Shown: positions 1 through 11,944 of the stretch, piece by piece
Position numbering within the stretch: position 1 is the first letter of the stretch
Layout: the number at the start of each line of letters is the position of its first letter
Source: a virus
Lineage: Duplodnaviria > Caudoviricetes
DNA: 64,000 nt
IMG/VR virus record: IMGVR_UViG_3300011008_000004
Location: 128,001 to 192,000 of that record
Strand: one strand, 5' to 3'
Position numbers and translations under genes: made by a program
Notes under the pieces: model-generated
What the model saw: only the letters and a program-made list of their open reading frames with translations
The model's database searches: none
Told to the model about the DNA's origin: nothing

Positions 1-2318
1 CAATAATCTGCGCCGCCAGAATCAGTTGCTTTCTTACTAAATGGGTTTTCTTGTTCTTCTTCACCATTAACCGTAGATGATTCAGCCTTTTGCTGATCTA
101 CTAATGATTGCTTAGTTCCTGTAGCATTAGAGTTAGAAACATAAGAAGCAGATGAAGTAGTTTGTTGAACTGCGTTACCGCTTGTGAATCCTCTAAAACC
201 TTCACCTTTATTAGCAGATAAACCCCATTTGTTTAAGTTTAATGGGCCAGAGAATATATTACCAACAGCACCAACTAGTGAACCTAAAGCACTAAATCCA
301 ACTACGCCAGTTTTAACTAAACTTTCTAATGACATGTTAAGATCTATAAAGTTACCCATTATACCGATAGCTGGAAGTTGAATACCACCAGTTATTTTCT
401 CTAACATATCAGCAGCTTTATATATGCCATATGATGCTGCGCTATTAGCAACACCCATACCAATTCCCATAAATGTATTATCTAATACATTTTGAATTTG
501 GGTAGATATATGATATCTAGATTTTGCTTGACCTAGTTGATACTGTAACTCAGTTATAGTGTCATTAGACGTCATCGCTTGATTGTATATGCTACTTATA
601 GTACTTGATTTTAAATTCTAGAAAGCAGCCATATCGGCTATAGACACACCGAATAAATCTGCATAAGCTGATTTTACTACGTTATTATTTCCAGATGAAA
701 TCTCTTGTACATATTCAATTAAGCTCTTTAATAATTTATTAGTGTCTGTAGAACTTAAACCACCTGTAAGTACATTACCGTAATTTAATCCTGCTCTATT
801 AGCAGACATAACTAATAAATTTTGTAATGCAGCATTTCCACTTAATGCTTCTACATTACCTGTTCCTAAATAGTTGATTCCTTGAGCAATTGTCTGTAAT
901 GTGCCAGTATCTACACCGACTGATCCTAATGAACCTAACCATTTTTGAACTATATATTCGAATTCAATTGATGCGTCTGAACTCATTTGAGCAGAAGTAC
1001 CAATTAATGTTTGTTGTACACTATCAAATGCGTTACTTAAATAACTAGTATCACCGAAATAGAAGTTAAACAATCTCGTTAAATTAGCTTCTAAACCTAA
1101 TCTTTGTGCAGTTGTATCAGATTGTTGAATACGAACTATCTGCAATAAACTTGCCTGTGTTGCATCGAATGTAGTTGCTACTTCTTCAGCGATTGTTCCT
1201 AAGAAAGCTCTTTGAGCTACATTAGTAGCTATACCTTCTTCAACTAATTCATTTAATTTAGTTAATAATTTATCATATCTAACGTATGGATTTGCAGCAG
1301 TATTTTGTTTATAAAGCTTATTTATTCCCTCATAAGTATAACCAGAATTTTGAAGTCTAGTAGTTATTGACGTAAAGTTTTGAGTATAAGTCTATAGATA
1401 ATCGTCTATAGAGTCCATAGCTTTATTCCAAGCCATAGCTCCTGCTAATTTTAAACTTGCGCCTAATTGACCAGCTATATTGCCATCTGCTTTTGCAGCA
1501 TCTCTAGCATCAGTTAATTTATCCGTGTTAAATTTACCATCAACAAATGTAGCATTCTTTTTTCTTTCAGCCTCTTCCTCTCTATAGGCTTCAGCTTTTT
1601 GCTTATTTGTTTCAGTAATAACCTAGCCGCTTGCTTTTTTCTCATCAGCAATCTATTTCTTTAATTGTGTTGCACGATCCTTATCTTTAGCTTTATTAGC
1701 ATCTTTAAGTTCTTCTTTTAATGCTTTTAATCTATCTTTGCTATCTTTCTTATATTTAGCATAAGCACTAGCATCTTGAGATAATGCTTTAGCATAATTT
1801 TTTAAAGCTTCTTTTTCAGCATCCTATTTAGCTTTTTCTCTAATAGCATCTGAGTGTTGCATTAAATTAACATAAGCTTTATAATTCTTACTTTTAACCT
1901 TAGCAACCTGAGCATCTAAAGCTATTTGCTCATTTATCATCGCTAAGTTATCGTTAGTATTATCTACTAATGCTTTCTTTTTTATGTTTTTACGTTCTTG
2001 CTCTAATCTATGTAAATTTATCTTCTCTCTAGCTAATTGAATATCAGCTAAATCTGATTCATACTTAGATATTGACGTTGCAACCTATTGTTCTAATTTC
2101 TACTTCTTAGCTACAAAATCAGCCTCTAACTTAGCTCTCTATTCAGCTGTTGCGCCATTTAATTTTGACTGTAATTTCTATTCTTCAATAGCTAGTCTCT
2201 TAGCTAAATCAAGTTCTTTAGCCTCTTTGTAAGCAACAGCGCTATCTACAGCTTTCTTATAGTTACTGTCTGAACCAGTGCCATTTACTACGTCATTCAC
2301 ATTTAAACTACCAGCCAT
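1..2318 (-). CDS. Tape measure protein, runs off the left edge of the window; TAG=Gln
   Basis: ATG at 2318 with an AAGGAG SD, in frame with track ORF 618..1145 through many TAGs. Ala/Lys/Gln-rich helical sequence lying directly after tail tube and chaperone genes. Confidence 0.75.
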
Positions 2319-2333
2319 AGATATCTCCTTTTA

Positions 2334-2594
2334 TTATTTCTTCTTAATCGCTTTTTCCATCGCTTCATTTTGTCTAGTTATATCGCGATTTATAAACTCT
2401 ATTATATACTTTCGTTCAGTTGGTGTCATTAAACCGGTATCACTATAAGATATATTAGCATTTTTAGATATAAAATATCTATCTTCTACTAATTGCTTAA
2501 ATCTCATAGGACCATATGGCTTCTCTACGCCATTCTCATCTTTATACGTCTTTTGGTCTAAAAAATTCAGAGGAGAAACGAAAGGTTGTGGCAT
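2334..2594 (-). CDS. Small tail/baseplate-hub assembly chaperone (T4 gp51-like position); start uncertain
   Basis: Short ORF between the gp26-like gene and the tape measure gene. It overlaps the upstream gene and has only a weak own start (ATG 2507). Confidence 0.5.
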   Translation of the reverse strand: MPQPFVSPLNFLDQKTYKDENGVEKPYGPMRFKQLVEDRYFISKNANISYSDTGLMTPTERKYIIEFINRDITRQNEAMEKAIKKK

Positions 2595-3303
2595 AGTCTA
2601 ACCTACATCTAGGATTACTGCAAGTCTCTGTTATTGCGTTATTAATCCCCACCTGTAAATTTAATCTATCTAATGCATTCAAAATCTTATTAGTATCTTT
2701 CATGTTTAATTTCTTTAAGAAAGCATCTAATTTAAGATTATCATAGTGATTACCATCTACTAGTCTGATACCGTGTCTTAAATCAACTAAGAAATCAATG
2801 TTAACTTTACTACCTGGATTTCTATCCTTGAATTCATCAATTTCTTTATCTATCAAATCACATTCTCTTGGTGTTTTATACTTTAAAGTTAAAACATGAC
2901 CACTTTCAGGTAATTTAACTTCTAATAAATCATTAATTTCGTCTACATCTAATGCTAAAACTTGTAATTGATCTAAATTTAATTTAGATACGTTTATTTG
3001 TCCACAATAAGGACATATAGACTGATTTAAATAGTCATTGCCATATGTAATTACTCTTAATTTATATAATAAATATAAATAATCACCCATATGCATGTCA
3101 TAAGTAGACATTCCTATATCGTCTATTATACATCTATCTATAATATTACACAGCTACTTATATGGGGTCTCAGTATTAGATAATCTTAACATCTCCTCTT
3201 CAGTAGTCATAGATCTTAATTCAATAGTAGGAGTCTTTAATTCACTATAAAATTTACCTTTAGTAGGTAATGTTGCGCTCTCCGCTATAGTTATTCTATC
3301 CAT
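2542..3303 (-). CDS. Baseplate hub/tail assembly chaperone, T4 gp26-like (1 TAG)
   Basis: ATG 3303 with a GGAGGTG SD. Reads LPTKG...ELRSMT.EEE...DYLYLLYKLR..TYG...CPYC...C and joins the track ORF through TAG at 3154-3156. Confidence 0.7.
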
Positions 3304-3371
3304 TAAAATTCACCTCCCAGTGAACACATTATAATATATTATATTATACAAAATGTGCACTATAATAAAAA

Positions 3372-3403
3372 TGGTCATAGTGGCTTAGCAACCACTATGA
3401 CCA
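3372..3403 (-). terminator. Intrinsic terminator after tail tube
   Basis: Perfect 12-bp stem TGGTCATAGTGG/CCACTATGACCA followed by a T-run on the - strand. Confidence 0.8.
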
Positions 3404-3436
3404 CTAATACGTATCATCAATTTATTGCGTTAATGA

Positions 3437-4024
3437 TTAATCAGGCATATGCATCTCGAACCAGTCAACAACCATTGTTGCTTTAACGGTCATAACATCT
3501 TCACTATCTGCAGCAAATCCATCTTGTGTAACTGTATTTACCCATGCACCTTTAATATCCCAGTGTCTAACTTCTTCATAATCTGGAGTATATTCATATA
3601 ATGTACAATCAAATTTATATTTTCTAGCACCAGCTATATAGTCATATCTTGAATTATACGCTAAATTTTCCCACGCTAATAAAGTATCTTTTACATTAGC
3701 ACCTATATAATCATATGCTTCTATGTTTATATCTGAGAATGTAGGTTTACCAGCAAATTTAATTTTAGAGTTTCCTCTATTTATTTCTACTTTTCCTAAT
3801 TCTACATTTGGAATATCACAATTCTTTAATGCTAAAATTATTTCTTCACTACCATCAGCTATAATATCATCTGTTTCAGTTGAACCATCTTCAGCACCAA
3901 CTCTTAATATATTTTTTAAGCCAGGAATAACTAAGTTAAAGTTATTTCTTCTTACTGGGTTATATTCAACAGTATTGTTAGAAATGTGATAAGCACCTTT
4001 ATTTAAACTTTCAGTAACTGACAT
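3437..4024 (-). CDS. Tail tube protein (T4 gp19-like)
   Basis: KFAGKPTFSDINI...W...WDIKGAW motifs; lies immediately downstream of the sheath; TAG-free. Confidence 0.85.
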   Translation of the reverse strand: MSVTESLNKGAYHISNNTVEYNPVRRNNFNLVIPGLKNILRVGAEDGSTETDDIIADGSEEIILALKNCDIPNVELGKVEINRGNSKIKFAGKPTFSDINIEAYDYIGANVKDTLLAWENLAYNSRYDYIAGARKYKFDCTLYEYTPDYEEVRHWDIKGAWVNTVTQDGFAADSEDVMTVKATMVVDWFEMHMPD

Positions 4025-4043
4025 GTTTTATATCTCCCTAAAA

Positions 4044-5438
4044 TTAACCTTCAGTAATTGATGCTGAACCATTTTCTAAATTGATATAAATATCAAAATC
4101 TTCTACAGGTTCAATTGGAATTAGTCTAATTTTACAAGCGATTGTAGCTTTCTTATCTGTAGGAATTCTTACAAACTTGTAACCAGCTAATTTACCACTA
4201 GCAACCATTCTATCTAAAAGTTCTTGAATCTCTATTTTATAATTTGTCCAAGTAACATCATTATTACTTTCAAATGTATTATTTATAGATGCGTTATACG
4301 CTCTCTTAGCAATATCACAAACCATAAATCTTATACTTAAAAAAGATGTAGCTTTTAATCCTGTTCCTGGATTATTTTTAATTAATGTTCTATCACCCCA
4401 GATAGTCCAACCATAAGGTCTTACTTTACAAATGCCATTATAAGAAATGCCGTCAGATGTTTGAATATCATTATCTAAGGTGTACTTATTCATTTTAATT
4501 AAAGACGTGTTATAAATATCATTAACAACACCCCTTTGAACACCTGAAACACTATCCCATCTCTTATTAGCATTATTAGCTGCAGCTAATTTTACTAAAT
4601 AAGTATATGAACCAGGCATTGTGGTATTATAATCCCAATCTACGAATGAAGCGCCGTAAGATAAGAAATTACTGTTTAAATTTGCTAAACCTGATTTTAC
4701 AGTTATCATACTGTCTGAATCTTTAGTAGGATAATCAATTAGTGCTAAACAATCTTTTCTTACGCCACATATGTTTAAAAGCATTTCAGCTAAAGTACTA
4801 TCAAAACTTTGAGGTATAACTGCAGGAGCACCCATAGTTAAAATCTCTACATTATAAGCATTATAGTCTTTTAAGAAATCTAATTCAGTTGCGGCATACG
4901 CACCATCAGTTCTAATATAATAAATTACACCTAAACCTGCTTCTAGTAAATCTTTAGCATATTTATATGATTTATCATTTCCTTCTACTAAATATTTTTT
5001 AATATCAGCACCTTTAGGAATTACTAAACAATTATTTTCATCTACAGGATTTAATACAATGTATTTATATATTGTAAACGTTTTAGTCACGTAATTATAT
5101 ATAATTTTATATTTCAAATTACCACTAGTGCAATCTTTCTCGACATTAGCGTCTATATCTTCATCAATAGTGATTTCAGCTTTTGTTTTAGATATAACTA
5201 TTTTATCTGCGCCAACTTCTTTTATGTAATATGTAACATTTGGAACTACATTAGTATCTTTAAATGTAACATACTTTTTTGCATTATCGCCAGATCCTTC
5301 TGTATACTCTTCAACATCTAAACCTAAATCAGGTTGTGCAGATAACGCAGAACAATTTCCTGGAACAAACACATTTATTTCATCGCCATTGTAAGTTGAA
5401 CCAGTAGCGTCATTTTCGTATATAGTAATTTTAGGCAT
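4044..5438 (-). CDS. Contractile tail sheath protein
   Basis: C-terminal sheath signature (GW.IWGDRTL...FE.N...TW...L..M...G.L..Y...P..PVE); TAG-free. Confidence 0.9.
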   Translation of the reverse strand: MPKITIYENDATGSTYNGDEINVFVPGNCSALSAQPDLGLDVEEYTEGSGDNAKKYVTFKDTNVVPNVTYYIKEVGADKIVISKTKAEITIDEDIDANVEKDCTSGNLKYKIIYNYVTKTFTIYKYIVLNPVDENNCLVIPKGADIKKYLVEGNDKSYKYAKDLLEAGLGVIYYIRTDGAYAATELDFLKDYNAYNVEILTMGAPAVIPQSFDSTLAEMLLNICGVRKDCLALIDYPTKDSDSMITVKSGLANLNSNFLSYGASFVDWDYNTTMPGSYTYLVKLAAANNANKRWDSVSGVQRGVVNDIYNTSLIKMNKYTLDNDIQTSDGISYNGICKVRPYGWTIWGDRTLIKNNPGTGLKATSFLSIRFMVCDIAKRAYNASINNTFESNNDVTWTNYKIEIQELLDRMVASGKLAGYKFVRIPTDKKATIACKIRLIPIEPVEDFDIYINLENGSASITEG

Positions 5439-5462
5439 TTAAAATTCTCCTTAAATCTCTTC

Positions 5463-6116
5463 TTATTTCAAAATATCGAACCATTCAGAATCATCACTAA
5501 ATGACGGCTGTTTGTTCGCTAAGTCTTTATTCGCTTCTATACCCGTTAACTCAACTTTCTTAGTATGCTTCGTATTATATGAATATAATTGAGCATCTTG
5601 TAATGTAAACTTAAGTGTAAATCTATAAAATTGAGTAGGTATCAATCTTTCAGGTATGTCAGAATTGTCTGATATACTTTCTCTTAATTCCATAAAACTT
5701 GTATGACATAATTTAGAATCATTATATGGAATTTCTATAGTCACTTTTGGGTGATTTATTATACTAAACACGAAATTTCTTGCATATTCATCCGCCTCTT
5801 CAAAAAACTTCGTATATATATCTATCTTATAATTTAACTGAATTGGCACATGATTTAAATGATCTATAGCTTCTTTATTGCCTGTAAAAGATCTTCCTTC
5901 AAATTCGGCCATACGCTTATTTGTTAAAATTAAAGGTATGTCTCTTTCTCTGCTAATAGCTATCATTGGTAAACTTATAGGTTTATCATTGCCTTTATCA
6001 GCTCTAATCTATAATAATTTAGCTGTCTAGTCAGGCGCTAGAACACACATATTCGGGTCCTAAACCCAATTCTATATCTTATCAGTTATAGCTTTATCAT
6101 ACAGTCTAATTGACAT
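5463..6116 (-). CDS. Tail terminator/sheath stabiliser (gp15-like), several TAGs
   Basis: ATG 6116 with a GGGAG SD, in frame with track ORF 5463..5966. LPMIAISR...VPIQLNYKIDIYT motif; precedes the sheath. Confidence 0.7.
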
Positions 6117-6531
6117 GATTTGTCATCTCCCACAATTCATATAAACTCTATAACTTATTTTCAAAATATTTTATCATCTTATCTATAATAGGATAAGCTT
6201 TCTAATCTAATGTTCCAAAATTTATAATAGAAGCTAATTGATAATAACTTATATTAGAATTAGTATATTTAGCTCTATCATCACAATAAATTGAGTAGCC
6301 TTCATAATCTTGTCTATATGTTAAATTATTAGCGTAACCTATCAAAATATCTCTTATAGTTGGTGGTTTTTGCCAACCAAAATTATTCTCTAAAAAATAT
6401 GTTTGCCACTTTACGTCTTCTTTAAAATCATATATAGAATTATCTTTTACATATTCCTATATGTTTTTTATAACATAATTTATATAAGGTATTAAATCAT
6501 CTTGTGGTTTACATAATATCTATAAAAACAT
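6097..6531 (-). CDS. Hypothetical virion-module protein, visible only in code 15
   Basis: ATG in a TAATG overlap with the upstream gene; open to TGA 6097 when TAG=Gln; fills a gap in the track. Confidence 0.6.
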
Positions 6532-7337
6532 TAAGGTCTCACATTAATAGGTATTACACTTAGTTGAGAAACAATCTCATCAGCTGCATCTTTTATATCA
6601 CTAGCTTTAGCATTTAGTAATCTCTTTAAAAGTCGCTAATCTTTAACTAATACCTCTATAGCTAATTTATACTACTCATACTTTTGACTATAATTAACTT
6701 TACTATCACTTAATAATTCTTTAATAGCTTCTTTAACTAAATTACCATTAGTATCATTTACATCATAGTTTATTGCATTAAACTTCTAACTATCTATAGA
6801 TTTTAAAAATGATATTACGGATGCCTCTCCGCCGCTCTTACTCTACCATTCACTTAGAAGTCTTTTTATAGTCTCATCATTTGTAGCTTCTAAAACTTTA
6901 CTAATAAGTTTATCTGGATTATCACCAAATCTTGTAGCTTGTTTAGAAGATAGAAAAGCTAATGCTTTTAACTTATAATCAGACGTATAAGCTTCAGGTT
7001 TATATAGCCACTCATTGTCTGCTTTAACATCTTCATTTTTAAAAAAATTCTAAATTAATTTTATTCTATCACTGTTAAGATTCTAATAAACCGGTTTACA
7101 GTTTAAACTAAATAATAAAAATTTATTATAAGTTGTATCAAAACCATCATTAAGTAATGAATGAAATATTGAAGCATAATATGGAGAATTTTCATCAAAC
7201 ATCTAATGACTATCCGCAAACGATCTCATTATAGTTGTTATATATTTCGCTATTTCTTTAGTATTATTGCTAGCTTTTAATTCGTCAAACTTTCTTTGAT
7301 ATGTAGGCGTTAAAATTGATCTATTTAAATAATCCAT
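6531..7337 (-). CDS. Hypothetical protein (~268 aa), visible only in code 15
   Basis: TAATG coupling at both ends; continuous frame apart from TAGs. Confidence 0.65.
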
Positions 7338-7855
7338 TAGTCTTCATCATCCTCATCATCATGCAATAACTTAAAATCATTTTGCTTAAAATATAAAGTA
7401 TCATTTGGTAAAGTATCTTCATATTCTGGAACACAATAACAGGTTATAGATGCAGGATACATTATTCCTACTTTCATCTTATCTACTCTGAATAATCTTC
7501 CAGGCGCATTATCAATACCACTCGGTATAACAAATAAAGCACCACTTTGAATATCACATAAGTCATATGGAACATCTATTAAAGATGCTTCAATTTGTTG
7601 TTCTGCATTCCACCCAAGCTTTTTCATAGTGTATTGATCAGGATGATCATTAAATAGACAACCAGTGATTATCGGTTCTTCAAAGTTTTCTTCTAATTCA
7701 CCCCAAGTAGTATAATGTTTTCCAGGCTTAGGTCTATAATAAACTAATTGAACACCATGAAGTTTTATCATTTCTTCAAAGTATTTTCTAAATAGTTTTA
7801 TATCTTTTTCATGTATTAAGGAGCCAAATTTTTGATTTTCTGGTAATTGTATCAT
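7337..7855 (-). CDS. Head closure/neck protein (gp14-like)
   Basis: FEEMIKLHGVQLVYY...WGE...KLGW...LFRV pattern and position between head and tail genes. Confidence 0.6.
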   Translation of the reverse strand: MIQLPENQKFGSLIHEKDIKLFRKYFEEMIKLHGVQLVYYRPKPGKHYTTWGELEENFEEPIITGCLFNDHPDQYTMKKLGWNAEQQIEASLIDVPYDLCDIQSGALFVIPSGIDNAPGRLFRVDKMKVGIMYPASITCYCVPEYEDTLPNDTLYFKQNDFKLLHDDEDDED

Positions 7856-7873
7856 TTTAACTCCTCTTGCTTA

Positions 7874-8392
7874 TTAATCTTTAAAATCTAAGTGTTCACC
7901 CCTAGATTCAATACCTTTCTTACATCTATCGCAAATATAACCCATATCTTTTTCTTTATGCAATTCTTCTTCTGGATATTTTTCACCACACCAAGCACAA
8001 GTAGCCATATCATAAAGATTTATATCATCATCTTCTTCGTCTACACTGAAGTGATCATCTTCTTCAATTTCATCATCGTCTAATAAATCTTCATCTTCTC
8101 TAGCTTTGTCTACATAGATCATATATTTATTATATAAATCATCTATGAATTCTGAAGTTTCATCGCCTTTCAATAAGCCATAATTATCTAATTTTTCTTT
8201 AAAAGCTTCTTCATTAAATTCATCTAAAACTTCATTATTATAAAAATCTTCTAAAGCCATATCAGTCATTAAGCCATCATAGTCAATTTCATCATCAACT
8301 ATATCGTCTAAATTGCTCATTTCATCATCTTCTATTGCTTCAGTGACCTCTTCAGCATTCAAGATCTTCATAATCTTTTCATAATTAGTCAT
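7874..8392 (-). CDS. Acidic putative head-internal protein with C-terminal CxxC..CxxC
   Basis: Very Asp/Glu-rich; N-terminal TNYEKIMKIL motif. Confidence 0.5.
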   Translation of the reverse strand: MTNYEKIMKILNAEEVTEAIEDDEMSNLDDIVDDEIDYDGLMTDMALEDFYNNEVLDEFNEEAFKEKLDNYGLLKGDETSEFIDDLYNKYMIYVDKAREDEDLLDDDEIEEDDHFSVDEEDDDINLYDMATCAWCGEKYPEEELHKEKDMGYICDRCKKGIESRGEHLDFKD

Positions 8393-8394
8393 CT

Positions 8395-9216
8395 TTATTC
8401 CTCACCATTCTAATCATCTAGGTCATCTAATGACATCTAATTAGGATCTGGTTTTATCTTTTTCTAATAACGATACGTATTACCTGGTTTAAATTGAGTT
8501 CTAGTTCTTCCATATTCATTTGATGTATCAATATCAGACTTACTAGTATCTAAAGTATCTTTATTATCTAAATCGTCTATGCTTAATTGAACAGGTTCTT
8601 CATATTTCTTTCCAAACACTGCAGGATATATAACATCTGCGTATTGTTTGAATCTATTTTGTTCAAACCAGTGTATATAGTTATTTATAACACTTGCAAC
8701 TTTTATTAAAAAACTAGTATTAGATAATACTAGTGCCGTGTGCTTACAGCAAGGTCCTAAATCATTATTAGGATTAGTTATCTTTGCAGGTCTATTTTCT
8801 TTTGGTCCTGTAATAATATCACTTACAGACTGCCAGTACGCGAAACGATATTTAGCATCAGGACAATTACATCTAATATAGACATTATCACTATTAAAAG
8901 CATTCATTAAAGCTCTTAAAATGGACTTTAATTCTAATTTATCGTTATTCTACTTAACTTCTCTTTTAATCTCATCTAAAACAGATCCAAAAGAAATTGT
9001 TACTAAATAATCATCTGTTTCACCAACTACTGGGATAGATACGGTTAGAATATTCTTTCTAAATAACTAATCCATATCTATCTCATTGAACGATCTTACA
9101 GTATTTGCAACTCTTGATCTAGTCCTCTTTTCATAACGACTTAAACCATCTTTTTCTTTTTTACCTCTTTTAGATTTAGAAATGAGTTCACTTCTTCTAT
9201 CTTCTAAAATAATCAT
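8395..9216 (-). CDS. SWIM-type Zn-finger protein (TAG=Gln)
   Basis: ATG 9216 in frame with track ORF 8464..8907; CNCPD..YRF.Y...CKH motif; TAA at 8395. Confidence 0.65.
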
Positions 9217-9240
9217 TTACGAACTCATCTCCCTCTAAAA

Positions 9241-10554
9241 TTATTTGCTTATAGTACCGTATAACTTAGTAGATTTTCCAGTCTTTTCATCTTTAGCTCT
9301 ATAGTTATATGTAAACTTTTCAATAATTAATTTCTTTTCATTTAAAGTTCCAGTTAAAGTAAATGCTCTCTTATTTTTAGCAAATTGTAAATTTTCACCA
9401 AGTAATTTAACTTTACCACTCTTTGTTACAAAGGCTTCATTGAATTTGAAACTTGTATTTACTTTTTTACCAGATTTAAATGTTAACTCACCATCTAATG
9501 TGATATCTGATTCATTTAATTTACAAGCAGTTGATTTGAAAGATTGAACATTGTCATAAACTCTTGTAAAATATTGTTCTCCAAGTTCATTTAAATCGTC
9601 ATCATTGATTTCATCAAAATCTAAATCAGCATCCTCTTCATCTTCTACATCTAAAGCTACTTGGCCATCATCTTCTTCTTTATTTATAATCTTATCTTTC
9701 TCATCAGCAGATAGAGGTTTAATAACTTCAGCTTCTACTTCAGCTTCAGGAACATTTTCATTTTTAATAGGTTCAGTAGTTACTGTTACTTTACCATTTT
9801 CATCTGAAGTCATTTCCATATGTGTATCATCAGTTGTTATAGAAACATCTTTAAAATCTTCCTCTAAAGATTCTTCTTTCTTTGCAGCTCTAAGAACTTT
9901 CATTACTTTTTCGTAATTTGTTTCCTCTTTAAGTTCTTCTTCATCTTCTTTATCTTCGCCACACTCTTCTTTTACTGCGTCACATTCATCAATAACTTCT
10001 TCATCTTCTTTGCATTCACAAGGATTTTTGCCACATTCAGGACAAACTTCTTCCTTAGCTTCAGTTAAAGATTCATTAACTTCAATATTTGCATCTACGT
10101 CAATATTATCAATATCTTTTTCGCCATGAACTATTTCTGCTCTTTCTTCTTTTTCAGCATCAACTACTTCTGGTTCTTCTTTAACTTCAGATTCTTCTTT
10201 AGCTTCTTCAGTTTTATAAGGAGCTACTACACCGACAACCTTATAACCCATATCATTGTGACAATAGCAGCACTCTTCGCCAACGTTAGCTAAATCATTG
10301 CCTTCTTCAATTACAACATTCTTAGGTTCTTTGAAAAAATGTGATTTACAAACATCGCATTGAAGAATAACCTTGCCTTCATATGAATCTTGTAAGTCTT
10401 CCTCATTTTCAGCGTCAGCATCATATACGATGATTTCATCATCAATATCTGATTTCATAAAATCCTTTAATTTGTTAAAGCCTTCACTATCGGTTGGGAA
10501 TAAATCTTCATCGATTATATTTAATTCTTTAAAGGCTTCAGTTAAATAAGACAT
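9241..10554 (-). CDS. Acidic putative prohead core/internal protein
   Basis: Many L/I-x-E sites (LTEA, LKEE, LEED), Cys clusters and a TNYEKVMKVL motif. Confidence 0.55.
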   Translation of the reverse strand: MSYLTEAFKELNIIDEDLFPTDSEGFNKLKDFMKSDIDDEIIVYDADAENEEDLQDSYEGKVILQCDVCKSHFFKEPKNVVIEEGNDLANVGEECCYCHNDMGYKVVGVVAPYKTEEAKEESEVKEEPEVVDAEKEERAEIVHGEKDIDNIDVDANIEVNESLTEAKEEVCPECGKNPCECKEDEEVIDECDAVKEECGEDKEDEEELKEETNYEKVMKVLRAAKKEESLEEDFKDVSITTDDTHMEMTSDENGKVTVTTEPIKNENVPEAEVEAEVIKPLSADEKDKIINKEEDDGQVALDVEDEEDADLDFDEINDDDLNELGEQYFTRVYDNVQSFKSTACKLNESDITLDGELTFKSGKKVNTSFKFNEAFVTKSGKVKLLGENLQFAKNKRAFTLTGTLNEKKLIIEKFTYNYRAKDEKTGKSTKLYGTISK

Positions 10555-10656
10555 ATTTATCTCCTTTTATCTTACACAACCTACATAGTACATAGGCTTT
10601 AAATTCTTTTTAACTATATTTTATATTTATACAAAATTATATATTTATATATAATT

Positions 10657-11931
10657 TTATTTATTATTTGGATTATTTTCACAAGTAGCGCAATCTCTAT
10701 CATCATCATCACTAGAACAATATATACTATCATTATAAATGCAATTATCATTCTCATGAGTATCATTAGAAACTGTTTCATTCATTTTTATGCCATTAGC
10801 GATATCATCTTCATCGGCCGCATAAGCTATAGGTTCACCTAAATTATTTAATTCAGCAAAATCTTCTGCTTCTGCATATCCATCAAATATAGCTACTTTA
10901 CCATTAACTTTAAATAAACCTTTATTAGTCTCTAAAACATAATAGTCTTCGTTTAGAGATTCATCAACTTCTTCGTATGTTTCATCATCGTATTCATCGT
11001 CTTCTTCACCAGGAACACCATAATCATTATCAAGATCTTCGCCATATTGTTCAAGCCAATCATATAATAATCTATCTAATTCATTATAAGCATCTCTATT
11101 TAAACCATAAATAGAAACACCATAAGGACTTACATCTATACTAGATGAACAATCATCTATACTTCCTTGAAATGAAATTTCCCATGAACCAATTTCCCAC
11201 TGTAAATCTCTATAACTTATATCATCATTGTCTAAATGAGCTTTTACATTTTCAGGAAGAGAAATTTCTAAATCATACTCAGGTTGATTATCTTCAAGTT
11301 CTGAATAATCGTAATCTCTTGAATCTATTTCATTCTTATCAACCATAGTATCTGGATTATCGATAATATAATCAACTAACTTATTGCTTATATCTTCTAA
11401 AGCATTAGTATAGTCATCGTCTGTCAAACCTTTAGCTGAAATAGCTTCAAAATCATCACGTAAATCAGCGTCACTATCCATTAAGTATTGAGCTGAAGAA
11501 CCGCATGTTTCTAAGCCATAGCCTTCATAGAATATATCACCATCATTCTAGTCTCTATACATGATTCTCATCATTGCACGAACTAACTCACCGGCCACTG
11601 TATCAGCAGCACCTGAATCAGGAACTAATTCATCAAATAATGCTTGAAGTTTATCTTCTGCTCTGTCTACTTTATCTAAAATAGGTTTTATTCTTAACTT
11701 TAATTCAGCTATTCTTTTAGCCTCAGCTTCCTCTGCGGCTTTCTTATCAGCTTCAGCTTTTTTCTTACTTAATATGTCTTTGAAATCAACTGAATCTGGA
11801 TTAAATAATTTATCTTTAGGAATAGTTGCATCAATGTCATCTTCATTTATAACATCTGCAAAATCACCACTATCTTCATTTATAATTCCAAATTTTCTTT
11901 CAAATGATTCGTTAATATTTACTAAACTCAT
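10657..11931 (-). CDS. Acidic modular putative head-internal protein (1 TAG)
   Basis: Track ORFs 11548..11931 and 10657..11481 are in frame across TAG 11548-11550; INES/INED/LNED sites. Confidence 0.65.
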
Positions 11932-11944
11932 TATATTAAACCTC

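Noticed and set aside
11548-11550. TAG in YRD*NDGD possibly encoding an aromatic residue
   Set aside because: A single site based on vague recall of homologs, outweighed by three internal TAG/CAA repeat alignments.
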